From: a virus
Lineage: Duplodnaviria; Caudoviricetes
Reading direction: 5' to 3' (one strand)
Length of the DNA: 64,000 bases
Virus record (IMG/VR): IMGVR_UViG_2904899368_000001
Span: 5,901 to 69,900 of that record
In this document: piece after piece, positions 37,259 to 47,335 of the stretch
Position numbering within the stretch: the stretch's first letter is position 1
Layout: each line of letters opens with the position of its first letter
Position numbers and translations under genes: made by a program
The notes under the pieces: generated by a model
The model's database searches: none
The model's input: only the letters and a program-made list of their open reading frames with translations
What the model was told of the DNA's origin: nothing

Positions 37259-37896
37259 ATGAAAAATATTGTATTTAAAGAACAAGAAGGCGTATTTGTC
37301 GCAGATTTCGCCTCTGAAGGCAATTGTGTAATTCAAATAGACAACGGAAATGTTGAACCGCTAAAAATCTACCGGCACATGCCTGAAATGGAACCAAGTG
37401 CCTATGATGCGATTCCACTTCACGGTCCTTATCAGCGGGTAATCGACCTTTGTGTACCTGTCGGGATGATGATTCGCATTGTCAGTGCTACCGCTGTTAC
37501 TGCCGCTAAGATGATTGTATTACCTCAAGCGAGTGGTAATGGCTCATCCGTAACCGAGGCAACCGCCAGCGTTGATGCGAATGTAGGTACACCTTCTGTG
37601 GATGTAACAATGAAAGAAGGCAAGCTGAATTTCGCTTTTAAGAACCTCAAAGGGCAGAAAGGAGATACAGGTGTAGTTGGCACCAAAGAGGTGATAAAGG
37701 TGAACAGGGACAAACTGGGCCCAAAGGAGATAAAGGAGAACAAGGTGCTGCTGGAGCGAAAGGAGACAAAGGCGATGCCGGTGCAAAAATCAAATCAATA
37801 GCTTTGACTATCAAAGGTACAGTCATTACCGGCACAGCGACTCTGACCGATGACAGCACTGCCTCTATTACCGGTACATATACTCCTGGAGAATAA
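37259..37896 (+). CDS. collagen-like (GXY repeat) protein (frameshift near 37685)
   Basis: KGQKGDTG / KGDKGEQG repeats. Confidence 0.6.
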
Positions 37897-37914
37897 TTAA
37901 ATTACTACAGATAT

Positions 37915-38415
37915 ATGAAAAAGTATATTGGAACAAAACAGATTGAGGCAGAACCTATGACATTGGGTGAAGCTTGCAGTAAAGGCTTAGTAAAAAGTGA
38001 AATAGAAAAGAATGAGTCTTATAAACTGGGATATCACACTCGTACTGAATATGGCTATGAAAGTTGGTCACCCAAAAAACTGTTTGAAGAATCATATCGA
38101 GAAGTCAAGGAAGAAACTCCTATCTGTTTCGGTGATGCTATAGACGTTTTGAAACAAGGTGGCGCTATCCGTAGAAAGGGCTGGAACGACAAATGGGTAT
38201 TTGTCATCAAGCAAATCCCAGCTCATATAGAAAGCGACATTATCCCCAAGATGCAATCTCTTCCGCAATCAGCAAAAGACCTTATTCTGAAAGGTAAGGG
38301 TTTCATTGACTATACTAGTCAATGCCTTATTTACAATGAGAACACCGGGCGTGCTGATTCATGGGTTCCGTCTATTAGCGATGTGTTTGCCGATGATTGG
38401 GAGATTGTTCAATAG
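37915..38415 (+). CDS. DUF2829 (MW1434-like) domain protein
   Basis: FGDAIDVLKQG..RRKGWN; WVPSISDVFADDW. Confidence 0.8.
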   Translation: MKKYIGTKQIEAEPMTLGEACSKGLVKSEIEKNESYKLGYHTRTEYGYESWSPKKLFEESYREVKEETPICFGDAIDVLKQGGAIRRKGWNDKWVFVIKQIPAHIESDIIPKMQSLPQSAKDLILKGKGFIDYTSQCLIYNENTGRADSWVPSISDVFADDWEIVQ

Positions 38416-38496
38416 CCTATCTGCCACATGTAAAAAGTGTAACGGGTGCGTTGGATGTCTGTAACGCTGGCGCACCTTGCTAAATAAGTAAATAGC

Positions 38497-38856
38497 ATGA
38501 AAGTACCAATAGATAATATGACTTTCGCTGAAAGTGAATACCACAGAGGCAATAAGATATGGAATGCTCAAACACTTTATAATTTTGCGAAAGCAAAGGA
38601 GTACCCTGTACGTGATATGCCATTGTGGAATATAGACCTGACTGTTGAACCATTTGAGTGTAATCAGCTTCATAGCTTCATCTTTCAATGCAAACGTGTT
38701 CGTGATTGTTCTTTAGACTACCCTATTATATTGGATGAAGTAGGACAAATAGCAGACGGATACCATAGATTATGCAAAGCTATCTTGGAAGGTAGGAAAA
38801 CGATTAAGGCTATCAGGCTGCTGGAAATGCCGGCACCTGATAGAATTGAAGAATAA
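38497..38856 (+). CDS. small ParB/Srx-like protein
   Basis: YPIILDEVGQIADGYHRLCKA motif. Confidence 0.6.
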   Translation: MKVPIDNMTFAESEYHRGNKIWNAQTLYNFAKAKEYPVRDMPLWNIDLTVEPFECNQLHSFIFQCKRVRDCSLDYPIILDEVGQIADGYHRLCKAILEGRKTIKAIRLLEMPAPDRIEE

Positions 38857-38860
38857 CGCC

Positions 38861-39043
38861 ATGTCAAAAAAGATGATACCCTCTAACATATCCTCATACC
38901 ATTGCAAGGATTGTGTGCATTCGTATGACCGACATGAGAAGAACTTGAGAGGTGAGTTCTTCATGTGCCGTTGTCCATTTTTCACTTCCAGCCGCTTTCT
39001 TAACCGTGACGTATGTGACAAGTTCAAGAAAAAAGTGAGCTAA
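38861..39043 (+). CDS. small Cys-rich protein
   Basis: CKDC, CRCP, C residues. Confidence 0.5.
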   Translation: MSKKMIPSNISSYHCKDCVHSYDRHEKNLRGEFFMCRCPFFTSSRFLNRDVCDKFKKKVS

Positions 39044-39126
39044 TCTTAAAAACAGAACAATCTTTTTTGTCTTACCCCACATGTTTTTTCTACCCACTCC
39101 AAAAAATAGCTTAAAAACAGAATAGT

Positions 39127-41792
39127 ATGGCAAAACCAAACATTCCAAATCAGAAGAAGAAATATCAGGAACTCAACAGCCGGCTAAACAGATATGTTGC
39201 CCTTGTTGAGCAGATATACGATACTCTTAATCTGGAAGCCGCAAAGATTGCATTGAATACTGAATATGATGCCGACAGTGGTACTGTCTTCAAGTTTTCT
39301 GACTATCCGCAAACCAAGAAGTCTATTGCGGACATTCAAGCTCAGTTCGTAGATGATATTCGGTCTGTTATCTATCGTGGTACTTCTGATGAGTGGAAGA
39401 ATAGCAATGAGGTACAAGATTTGATGGCTGACAAGGTTCTGAAAGCCTATACCGCCACTATTGATAAAGAAAAGTACAAAGTTCTCTATCAAACCAATTC
39501 TGATGCTTTGAAAGCATTTCAGAACCGCAGGGACAGAGGGTTTGATGTATCGGCTAAACTCTGGCAACAGTCCACCGTTTACAAGGAGGAACTGGAAGCG
39601 CCATCTCCTGTGCTATTCAGAAAGGAACAAGTGCCGTTGCCCTAAGCAAGCAAATATCCAAACACCTCCTTGATTTTCCATCGCTCCAAAAAGACTACAA
39701 AGAGAAGTACGGAAGTGCAGAACATCTAAAAGATTGTGAATACCGTTCTATCCGGTTGGCTCGGTCTGAAATCAATATGGCTTACCGGACCGCCGAAAAT
39801 GAGCGTTGGAAGCAAATGGACTTTGTGGTAGGTTATGAAATCAAACGCTCCGGAAGAGAGTTTCCTTGCACTGTATGCGAATCCCTTGCCGGGAAATATC
39901 CCAAGGATTTTACTTGGGTTGGTTGGCACCCGAATTGTTATTCCGATGACAGCGAAGTGCTTACAAACAGAGGGTGGAAACTGTTTAAAGATGTATTTGA
40001 TGATGATTTGATATTGTCATTGAATCCTACTAACAGAACACCTGAGTGGGTAGAGTCTACGAATAGGCAGTGTTACCGATATAATGGTGACATGATACAC
40101 TTTTTCAATAAATCATTGGACTGTTTGGTTACACCGGAACATAATATGGTTTATTTAAACAAGAATGATGGCAGGATAAAGAACTGCCAAGCTAAAGAGT
40201 ACACAAAGGGGAAAGGGGCTTTTTATAGAGGATGCGAATATGAGTCAGAAGATGTTGCATTTTATGAGATAGACAACATCAAAATACCATTTGACCTGTT
40301 TTGTGAGTTTATGGGGTATTGGCTTTCAGACGGAAGTACAATGGGAAACGCCGGGGTTGTTATCTCCCAACAAGAAGGTGAGCCTGCACGGGACAGAATT
40401 GTAAACTGCGTGAAGCGTATCGGATTTGAGCCACATTTAGACAAGCAAAAAGTTGCATTTTATAGTACTCCAATAAGGAATTATCTGAAAATATTCGGCA
40501 AGTGTTCCCATAAATTTATACCATCTGCGATAAAGAATGCATCTGTCAGACAGATCAGAATATTTCTTAATGCCTTTATGCTTTGTGATGGATACAGGCG
40601 ACCATGCAAATCTTTTGTAGGTAATCATGGAACAGAGTTTAAGTCAGACAAGGATGAAATCCTCTATTTTACCGTATCTGAACGTATGGCAGGGGATTTG
40701 TCTGAGCTTATTCTGAAATCCGGGAATCGTCCGTCCTTTTCAGTGAACAAGGCTGGAGTGTCGCACAAAAGCAACGGAAGTATCATAACTTCAAACTACG
40801 ATTGTTATTCAATCCGTGAATGCTATTCCGTCACGGCGACAGTGTTCCATAAAGAGATTCAGCATTACGATGGGTTTGTATATGACCTTACTCTGGAGAA
40901 AAACCATATCATGTATATCCGTCGCAATGGGAAATGCTTTTGGGGGTCTAATTGCAGATGCTATAAAATTCCTATCCTCAAAACAAAAGAAGAATTTTGG
41001 GAATGGGACGGACGTAGTGAAGCAAGTACTGAAAGTGTGAACGAAGTGAAAGATGTGCCGAATAGTTTCAAGGTCTGGATAAACGATAATATTCATCGAG
41101 CTAAAAGCTGGGATAACTCCCCTTATTTCATTCGGGATAATGGGAAGTATATCCGTGAAGATTTCAAGGTAAATGTCTATAACAAGACAGAGAAAGCATT
41201 TGTGCGGAAACGTAGGACTAATCTTGCCATGAGCCGTGTGGAATATTACAACCGGACTTATCCAAATATCCCGGAAGTACAGCAGGCTGCTGTAAATGCC
41301 TACACACAGGCTGTAGGAGAAACCAACAAAGGAGCCACCAGCCGTGAAATTAATCGCAGGCTTCGCAATGGTACTGACGATGAGTATGTGGATGTGGCAA
41401 GTACATTGATAAGTCAGGCTCTTGCCAAACTCCCCAAACATGAAGGTGTTGTATATCGTGGTGAAACCATGAGCATGAAGAAGCTACAGGAACGTTTTCT
41501 GGACCGTATCGGTGACGTGGTTTCGGATAAAGGTTTTGTGTCTTCCAGCCTGTATGAAGATACTCCAAGAAAGTTTGTTTCCCATGCCGGAGTACCTAAA
41601 AGCCATAAAAGGGTTATCTTTGAAATTCAGAGTAAAAATGGGCGAAATATTAGTAAAATATCGGAATTTAATGGTATCTTTACATTAGAAAACCAACATG
41701 AAATTATGTTCGATAGGCGGACGAAATTCTTGGTTAAAAAACGCAGAATAGAGGAAGATGGTATTTACAGAATTATTTTGATAGAGCAATGA
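39127..41792 (+). CDS. MuF-type minor head protein with an intein and a C-terminal ADP-ribosyltransferase (frameshift near 39600)
   Basis: RLARSEINMAYR, CTVC..L.G.YPKDF.W.GWHPN/CRC; ART motifs VYRG, FVSSS, QHE. Confidence 0.85.
39936..40952 (+). mobile_element. intein with a LAGLIDADG-type homing endonuclease (339 aa)
   Basis: starts CYSDDSEVLT; VTPEH block B; WLSDGS and FMLCDG; VYDLTL..NH block F; ends GSN before Cys. Confidence 0.9.
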
Positions 41793-42130
41793 AAAAGCAG
41801 AAGAAATACGAAATAATAAGTGAAACTGATAAAGTCGTTACTTTTAAGTATGATGGTGCAGAATGCAGCTATGCAAAAGCTTGCTACTCTTCCATAGATG
41901 AAGTTATCAAAGAAATAGATGAAGAAAGGGTAAGAGAAAAGGAAGTAGACAAGCGTATCGCTTCCCAACGTGACACTATGACACCCGAAGAACGTGAGCG
42001 TCAGGATGAAGCCGACCGCGTGGTCTTTGAGCGTTGGCAGGATGAAGCTAACACCAATCTCTATTTGACCGGAGTGGTTGATGAAGATGAAGACCCGGAT
42101 TTCAACCCGTTCAGAAAAAACAATGATTAG
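41789..42130 (+). CDS. small acidic protein, candidate ART immunity partner
   Basis: ATGA overlap with the MuF-ART stop; acidic. Confidence 0.4.
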   Translation: MKKQKKYEIISETDKVVTFKYDGAECSYAKACYSSIDEVIKEIDEERVREKEVDKRIASQRDTMTPEERERQDEADRVVFERWQDEANTNLYLTGVVDEDEDPDFNPFRKNND

Positions 42131-42209
42131 CCTTTGATTTTATCGTAAAAAAATTACGGAACTATCAAAATAATACGTATCTTTGCTATTGAATCAAGTT
42201 AAAATCAAT

Positions 42210-43313
42210 ATGCTAACAAAATTTGCAGTAACAAATTATAGAGGATTTGCCAATCGTATTGAGTGGGATTTATCCAATCCTGCCAATTATGAATTTAACA
42301 GATCTGTGATTAAAGATGGTGTCATAAAGAATGGTATCATATATGGTCCAAATGGATCAGGCAAGACGAATTTTAGTTTGGCTATATTCGATATAGAGAA
42401 TCATTTATCTCCGAAATGGAAGAAAATAGATTACTATGTGAATTTCATTTATGCAGGTAACAATGATGGAGTCGTCAAATTTGAATACACATTCAAATTT
42501 GACAATGACACAATAGATTACATATATGCCAAGAATGCTGCCGGAGTACTGGTAGAGGAAAGCTTTTTTGTAAATAGGATGAACATTTTTGAACGGAAGA
42601 ATAATTTATTTCGTATTGACAAGCAACAGTTCCCTATGGACGAAAGTATAGAAAAGAACTTTCAGAGCAATGCCAACAATGTGTCTGTAATCAACTTCCT
42701 GCTTACATCTTATCCACTCAATTCAGAACATTATCTGATCAAACTCAACAGGTTTGTCAACTCCATGCTTTGGTTCAGGAATCTTGATGTCCGTGAATTT
42801 ATTGGACTTGAAACAAATATAATAATGTTGGATGAGTTTATCATCACAAACAATCTACTTGATGATTTCTCCGATTTTTTACATAAAGTAAGCGGTCAGA
42901 CTTTCCAGTTTATTGCACATAATATTACGGATAAGCAGATTCTTTGCCAAATAGATAAAAATGAAGTTCCATTTAGACTAGTAGCATCAACAGGTACACA
43001 GTCGTTACAATTATTGTATTTTTGGCTGAAACGTATGGATGAAGCCTCGTTTGTCTTTATAGATGAGTTTGATGCTTTCTATCATTTTCGCTTAGCTTTT
43101 GAGGTGTGCAAGCGGTTGTTTGCATTGGATTGTCAGATTTTCACATCGTCACATAACACATATTTGATGACGAATGACTTATTACGTCCAGACTGCAATT
43201 TTATACTAAACAATAACAAAATTAAGTGTTTGGCTGATTGTACGGACAAAGAATTGCGTTTTGGTCATAACATCGAAAAAATTTATCGCGCAGGAGCTTT
43301 TTATGATGAATAA
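42210..43313 (+). CDS. ABC-type (AAA_21/AbiEii/RloA-like) ATPase
   Basis: GPNGSGKT, STGT signature, FIDEFDAFYH, SSHN; own TATCTTTG promoter near 42178. Confidence 0.85.
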   Translation: MLTKFAVTNYRGFANRIEWDLSNPANYEFNRSVIKDGVIKNGIIYGPNGSGKTNFSLAIFDIENHLSPKWKKIDYYVNFIYAGNNDGVVKFEYTFKFDNDTIDYIYAKNAAGVLVEESFFVNRMNIFERKNNLFRIDKQQFPMDESIEKNFQSNANNVSVINFLLTSYPLNSEHYLIKLNRFVNSMLWFRNLDVREFIGLETNIIMLDEFIITNNLLDDFSDFLHKVSGQTFQFIAHNITDKQILCQIDKNEVPFRLVASTGTQSLQLLYFWLKRMDEASFVFIDEFDAFYHFRLAFEVCKRLFALDCQIFTSSHNTYLMTNDLLRPDCNFILNNNKIKCLADCTDKELRFGHNIEKIYRAGAFYDE

Positions 43314-44097
43314 GGAAAAAACGCTTTTTATCTTTGAGGGAGTTAAAACAGAAAGTAAACTCATAGAGAAATTAGAGCATAATTTCTTGGGCAAAACGAA
43401 TTCCATAAAATGTGTATTTGATGCCGAGATATACCAATTATATCGTGCCATAAAAGAAGAAAAAGAGTTTTCAATAGATATAGTTTCCTTATTAAAAGAA
43501 CGTACAGCAGAGAACGCTAAAATTCTAGAAAATTACACTCGAGACAGTTTTGCCTATATATATTTGTTTTTTGACTATGATGCTCATTCTACGTTGGCAG
43601 ATGACAATAAAATAAAAGAAATGCTTTCTCTCTTCAATGACGAAACTGAAGAAGGAATGCTTTACATCAGTTATCCAATGGTGGAAGCCATACGACATTT
43701 CAAGGATTTAGAAAGCTTTAAGTCTTTGACAGTAAAATGCAAACGTAAGAATTGTCCATATAAAGAAGAATGTCATAACAAGGAAGAATGCTTGAAAGAA
43801 CCTCATTACAAAAGTGTCGCTGCATCAGATAGCAGACCACAATTATCAAATGTAAATTCATATACAAAAACAGTTTGGCAAGAACTGATTACTGCCCATT
43901 TATGCAAAGCTAATGCTCTTGTCAATGATGCTTTTACTATGCCTACTTCTTTGATATCGCAGGAAGCTATCTTTTCAAAACAATTAGAAAAACACATTTG
44001 TCATAAATGCCCCGAAGTTGCAGTATTAAGCGCATTTCCTCTTTATGTACTGGATTATTTTGGATGCGAAAGAACCATCACGAAGTTAAACTCTTAA
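43303..44097 (+). CDS. TOPRIM-like (RloB/OLD-type) putative nuclease
   Basis: IFEG..TE and LFFDYD acidic motifs; ISYPMVEA; coupled to the ATPase. Confidence 0.55.
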   Translation: MMNKEKTLFIFEGVKTESKLIEKLEHNFLGKTNSIKCVFDAEIYQLYRAIKEEKEFSIDIVSLLKERTAENAKILENYTRDSFAYIYLFFDYDAHSTLADDNKIKEMLSLFNDETEEGMLYISYPMVEAIRHFKDLESFKSLTVKCKRKNCPYKEECHNKEECLKEPHYKSVAASDSRPQLSNVNSYTKTVWQELITAHLCKANALVNDAFTMPTSLISQEAIFSKQLEKHICHKCPEVAVLSAFPLYVLDYFGCERTITKLNS

Positions 44098-44309
44098 TCA
44101 AAAATTTTGTTCTAATCTTTCAATCATTTTACTTATGATGAAGCAAAACGCTTATTCAGGATTTTGGGTTAGGGTCATTTATTGAATATCCCTAAAGAAC
44201 TTGGACACGATGTAGCTTTTAAGGCTTAACATTTAAATCAACGCTTCTAATTAATATTAATATTGGAGGCGTTTTTTTTACTTCGCTTCGTATTACGTTT
44301 TTTCACTTG

Positions 44310-44560
44310 TTATAACGATATCTCATAGAAATTCAGTATATTTGTTACTATATCATCATGCACCGAATAGATGATACGATGTTCAGAATTAATCCGCCGC
44401 GACCAATATCCGGCTAATTCATATTTTAATGGCTCCGGCTTGCCGATTCCTGTATATGGGTACTCCGCGATATCTTTCAGCAAATCGGTTATCTTTTTCA
44501 TGATAGCCTTATTACCTGATTTCTTCCAATATTCACGGTCTTTTTCCGCCTGTTCAAGGA
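44310..44560 (-). pseudogene. yoeB: Txe/YoeB toxin remnant
   Basis: FLEQAEKDREYWKK..GIGKPEPLKYELAGYWSRRINSEHRIIY; native start missing, 3' end altered, no antitoxin seen. Confidence 0.7.
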
Positions 44561-44841
44561 AGATTTAAAACCAATCATGTTCACTTCAAAAATAATATTC
44601 GATGCAGCAGTTTCCGAATTAGAAAACTTTGGCACAACATCTTGACGGACTATTTTCCCAATCTCATCAGCCAAATCACCTGCTATTTGTTTGCAAATCT
44701 CGAAGTTTTTTACGAATATTGTATATTAATTATGTATCATCATTTTATATTAATAGCTTAATAAGCTTTAATTAATTAAATGTCAACAGTATACATAATC
44801 TGTCAAACATATTTTCAACTCTTTTAATTCATTAACAGGTT

Positions 44842-45876
44842 ATGACCAAAGAAGAAACGTTACAGCTAAAAGGAATCGCCATTCTGATGATGTTATTTCT
44901 CCATCTTTTCAATACGACAGCCAATGTAGAACAATGCCAGACTTATATTTATTTTTGGAATGGGAAGCCGCTTGTATTAGCATTGAGCCGGGTGGCAGCC
45001 TTCTGTGTTCCAATATACATATTTCTCAGCGGATACGGACTTGCCATCACTTATAAACAAAATCAAAGAATCATGAGGTCATGGAACCGCATCTTCAATC
45101 TTTATATAAACTACTGGATCGTATTTTTACTATTCATTCCATTGGCCTGCTTCATAAGACCCCAAAATTATCCAGGAAACTTGACGGAATTTATTTGTAA
45201 TTTTATTGCATTGGATTGCAGCTACAATAGAGAATGGTGGTTTTTTCTTCCTTATGTCTTGCTTGTTATTAGTTCCAAACATATATTCAACATTTTGGAT
45301 AAGCTGGATCTCAAAACAACTCTTACAACCGTCACGGTGCTGTGCATATTATACATTATTACAAATACTATCGGAAAATCTATATTCCGTACCAGTCAAC
45401 CACTACAGGTTGTTGCATGGTATATTACTCTTTTATTCACATTCATTTGCGGAGCCTTATTCGCCCGTTACAACATATTTGAATATTTCCAATCTTATTT
45501 TTCCCGATATTCTTCTCCAAAGAGGAATTTTCTATTGATCTGTGGTCTGTCAACTCTTTGCATACTTAGAATGATGTTAGGTCCCAGTATGCTAAATCCA
45601 TTTTTTGTGATACCTTTCTTAATATGTTATGTTTGTATGAAACATAACAAACATATATCTTGGATGTTGCGGTTTTGGGGAAGACATTCCACCAACTTGT
45701 GGCTGGTTCACACTTTTTTTGCATACTATTTATTTCACGACTTCATATATAGTTTCCATTATCCCATTTTAATATATCTGGTATTACTCATTATATCATT
45801 AGGAAGTTCGTATGTCGTTAGGTTTATACATCACCCCATAAAATCCATAACAAACAATTTAATTAACTGCCGCTAA
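44842..45876 (+). CDS. acyltransferase-3 (OafA-like) membrane O-acyltransferase
   Basis: LKGIAILMMLFLHLF, VPIYIFLSGYGL, WWFF, G.HSTNLWLVH; many TM segments. Confidence 0.85.
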   Translation: MTKEETLQLKGIAILMMLFLHLFNTTANVEQCQTYIYFWNGKPLVLALSRVAAFCVPIYIFLSGYGLAITYKQNQRIMRSWNRIFNLYINYWIVFLLFIPLACFIRPQNYPGNLTEFICNFIALDCSYNREWWFFLPYVLLVISSKHIFNILDKLDLKTTLTTVTVLCILYIITNTIGKSIFRTSQPLQVVAWYITLLFTFICGALFARYNIFEYFQSYFSRYSSPKRNFLLICGLSTLCILRMMLGPSMLNPFFVIPFLICYVCMKHNKHISWMLRFWGRHSTNLWLVHTFFAYYLFHDFIYSFHYPILIYLVLLIISLGSSYVVRFIHHPIKSITNNLINCR

Positions 45877-46012
45877 GTTAAAGACTCAGTGGTGTCCAAA
45901 AAACCTTGGTGATAGCTTGGCATTTCCTGCCATATAACCAGCGAACATACTAAAAAGATACACTAATTATCATAAAAAAGCGATTAATTTATTTGAATAT
46001 CAAATAAATTAG

Positions 46013-46164
46013 TATATTTGCATATGAATAGCGTATGGAGATGTACGCCACGTTGTGACCCGTTTCATTATAGCACAACAGGACATGAAAGCTCATTGCT
46101 CTAAGAGTGTTTTTAAGTTCTACGGAAATAGTCTGCTGGCATACATTTACCGTGCAGACTATTT
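46013..46164 (+). promoter_or_regulatory. late-operon promoter and structured leader
   Basis: TTTG..TATATTTG; three hairpins, including AAATAGTCTGC/GCAGACTATTT. Confidence 0.45.
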
Positions 46165-46192
46165 TATCTAATAACTTAAAATTCATTCTACA

Positions 46193-46891
46193 ATGGACAG
46201 AAGACAACAAGTTTTTGTAAAGTTGAAACTTAAAGCGAAGGCGTTAGGGTTCAACTCAAAGGAATTAAAGGGTATCGCCGCCAAGATTGCCGATAACCTT
46301 GAATCCCAAGAAGATGCCTCCGAAGAGGATGTAAACGCAGAGATTGACGAAAAGATCGAAGCGGTTCTCCCCTACCTCACTTTCGGCCAGTCGCAAGCCA
46401 ACCGTCTGCTTGACGAATGGAAGAAAAACCACCCCGAAGCGGAACCGGACGATGAACCGAATGACAACTTTCCGAATGATACTCCGAAACCAGCTTCAAA
46501 GAAGAAACCCCAAGACAAAGAGGAAAACAAGGACGAAGAGCCTGCATGGTTCAAAGCTTACAGAGAACAACAGGATGCCCGATTTGCTGCATTGGAGGGA
46601 GAGAAAACCAGCTCCTTGCGCAAAAGCAAACTTGAAAGTCTCTTGAAAGATACAGGCACATTCGGCAACCGCACATTAAAAAGCTTCTCTAAAATGAACT
46701 TTGAGAATGACGAGGAGTTCGAACAGTTTCTATCTGAAGTCGAAGAGGATTTAAAGGCTTACAACCAGGAACGTGCCGATGCCGGCCTCTCCACATTGGG
46801 AACGCCGCCTGCGGCAGGAACAGGAAAGCCTGATAAAGAAATTGAATTATTAACGGATGCAGAAATTGACAGTATTGTCAATAACTTCTAA
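46193..46891 (+). CDS. capsid scaffolding protein (putative)
   Basis: acidic, low-complexity protein at the start of the head operon. Confidence 0.6.
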   Translation: MDRRQQVFVKLKLKAKALGFNSKELKGIAAKIADNLESQEDASEEDVNAEIDEKIEAVLPYLTFGQSQANRLLDEWKKNHPEAEPDDEPNDNFPNDTPKPASKKKPQDKEENKDEEPAWFKAYREQQDARFAALEGEKTSSLRKSKLESLLKDTGTFGNRTLKSFSKMNFENDEEFEQFLSEVEEDLKAYNQERADAGLSTLGTPPAAGTGKPDKEIELLTDAEIDSIVNNF

Positions 46892-46915
46892 CCGCATCAA
46901 AAAAAGTAAAGGACA

Positions 46916-47314
46916 ATGCCAGGAACAGTAAATTTGTCAAACGAGCTTGAATCGTTTGAGACCGGAATGGATTCAGTGGTTATCCGTCGCAAAGGCGGAA
47001 GAATTATCGGTGGCCGCTCTCTGAACATGGAAGGCTTCAATGAAAAATATGTAAAAGCCGGACATATTATCATCCGCAGTACAAATGATGAATATGACTA
47101 CAAGCCCATGCCCGTGTCAGATAATGCGTATTCCTCACTTCCTGAGAATTACGAATATGCTGGAATATGGGTGCGCACGACACCTGCAAGTGATGCAAGA
47201 GGAGCCATCCAATATGACGGAGAGATCAACGACAAGGCCCTGCCCTACCCTATTGACAGTATCAAAGCTGCCTTGAAGACCGCACTGCCTTCATTATATT
47301 TCATGCACGATTAA
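46916..47314 (+). CDS. head decoration / capsid-stabilising protein (putative)
   Basis: small beta-rich protein between scaffold and major capsid protein. Confidence 0.55.
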   Translation: MPGTVNLSNELESFETGMDSVVIRRKGGRIIGGRSLNMEGFNEKYVKAGHIIIRSTNDEYDYKPMPVSDNAYSSLPENYEYAGIWVRTTPASDARGAIQYDGEINDKALPYPIDSIKAALKTALPSLYFMHD

Positions 47315-47335
47315 AAATAAAGGAGGAAAAATAAA

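Noticed and set aside
37620-37790. Novel tandem DNA repeat
   Set aside because: Explained by collagen-like GXY codons of a phage structural protein.
44560-44720. Antitoxin upstream of the YoeB remnant
   Set aside because: The minus-strand reading shows no YefM/Phd-like features and has no clear start; it looks like an unrelated gene fragment.
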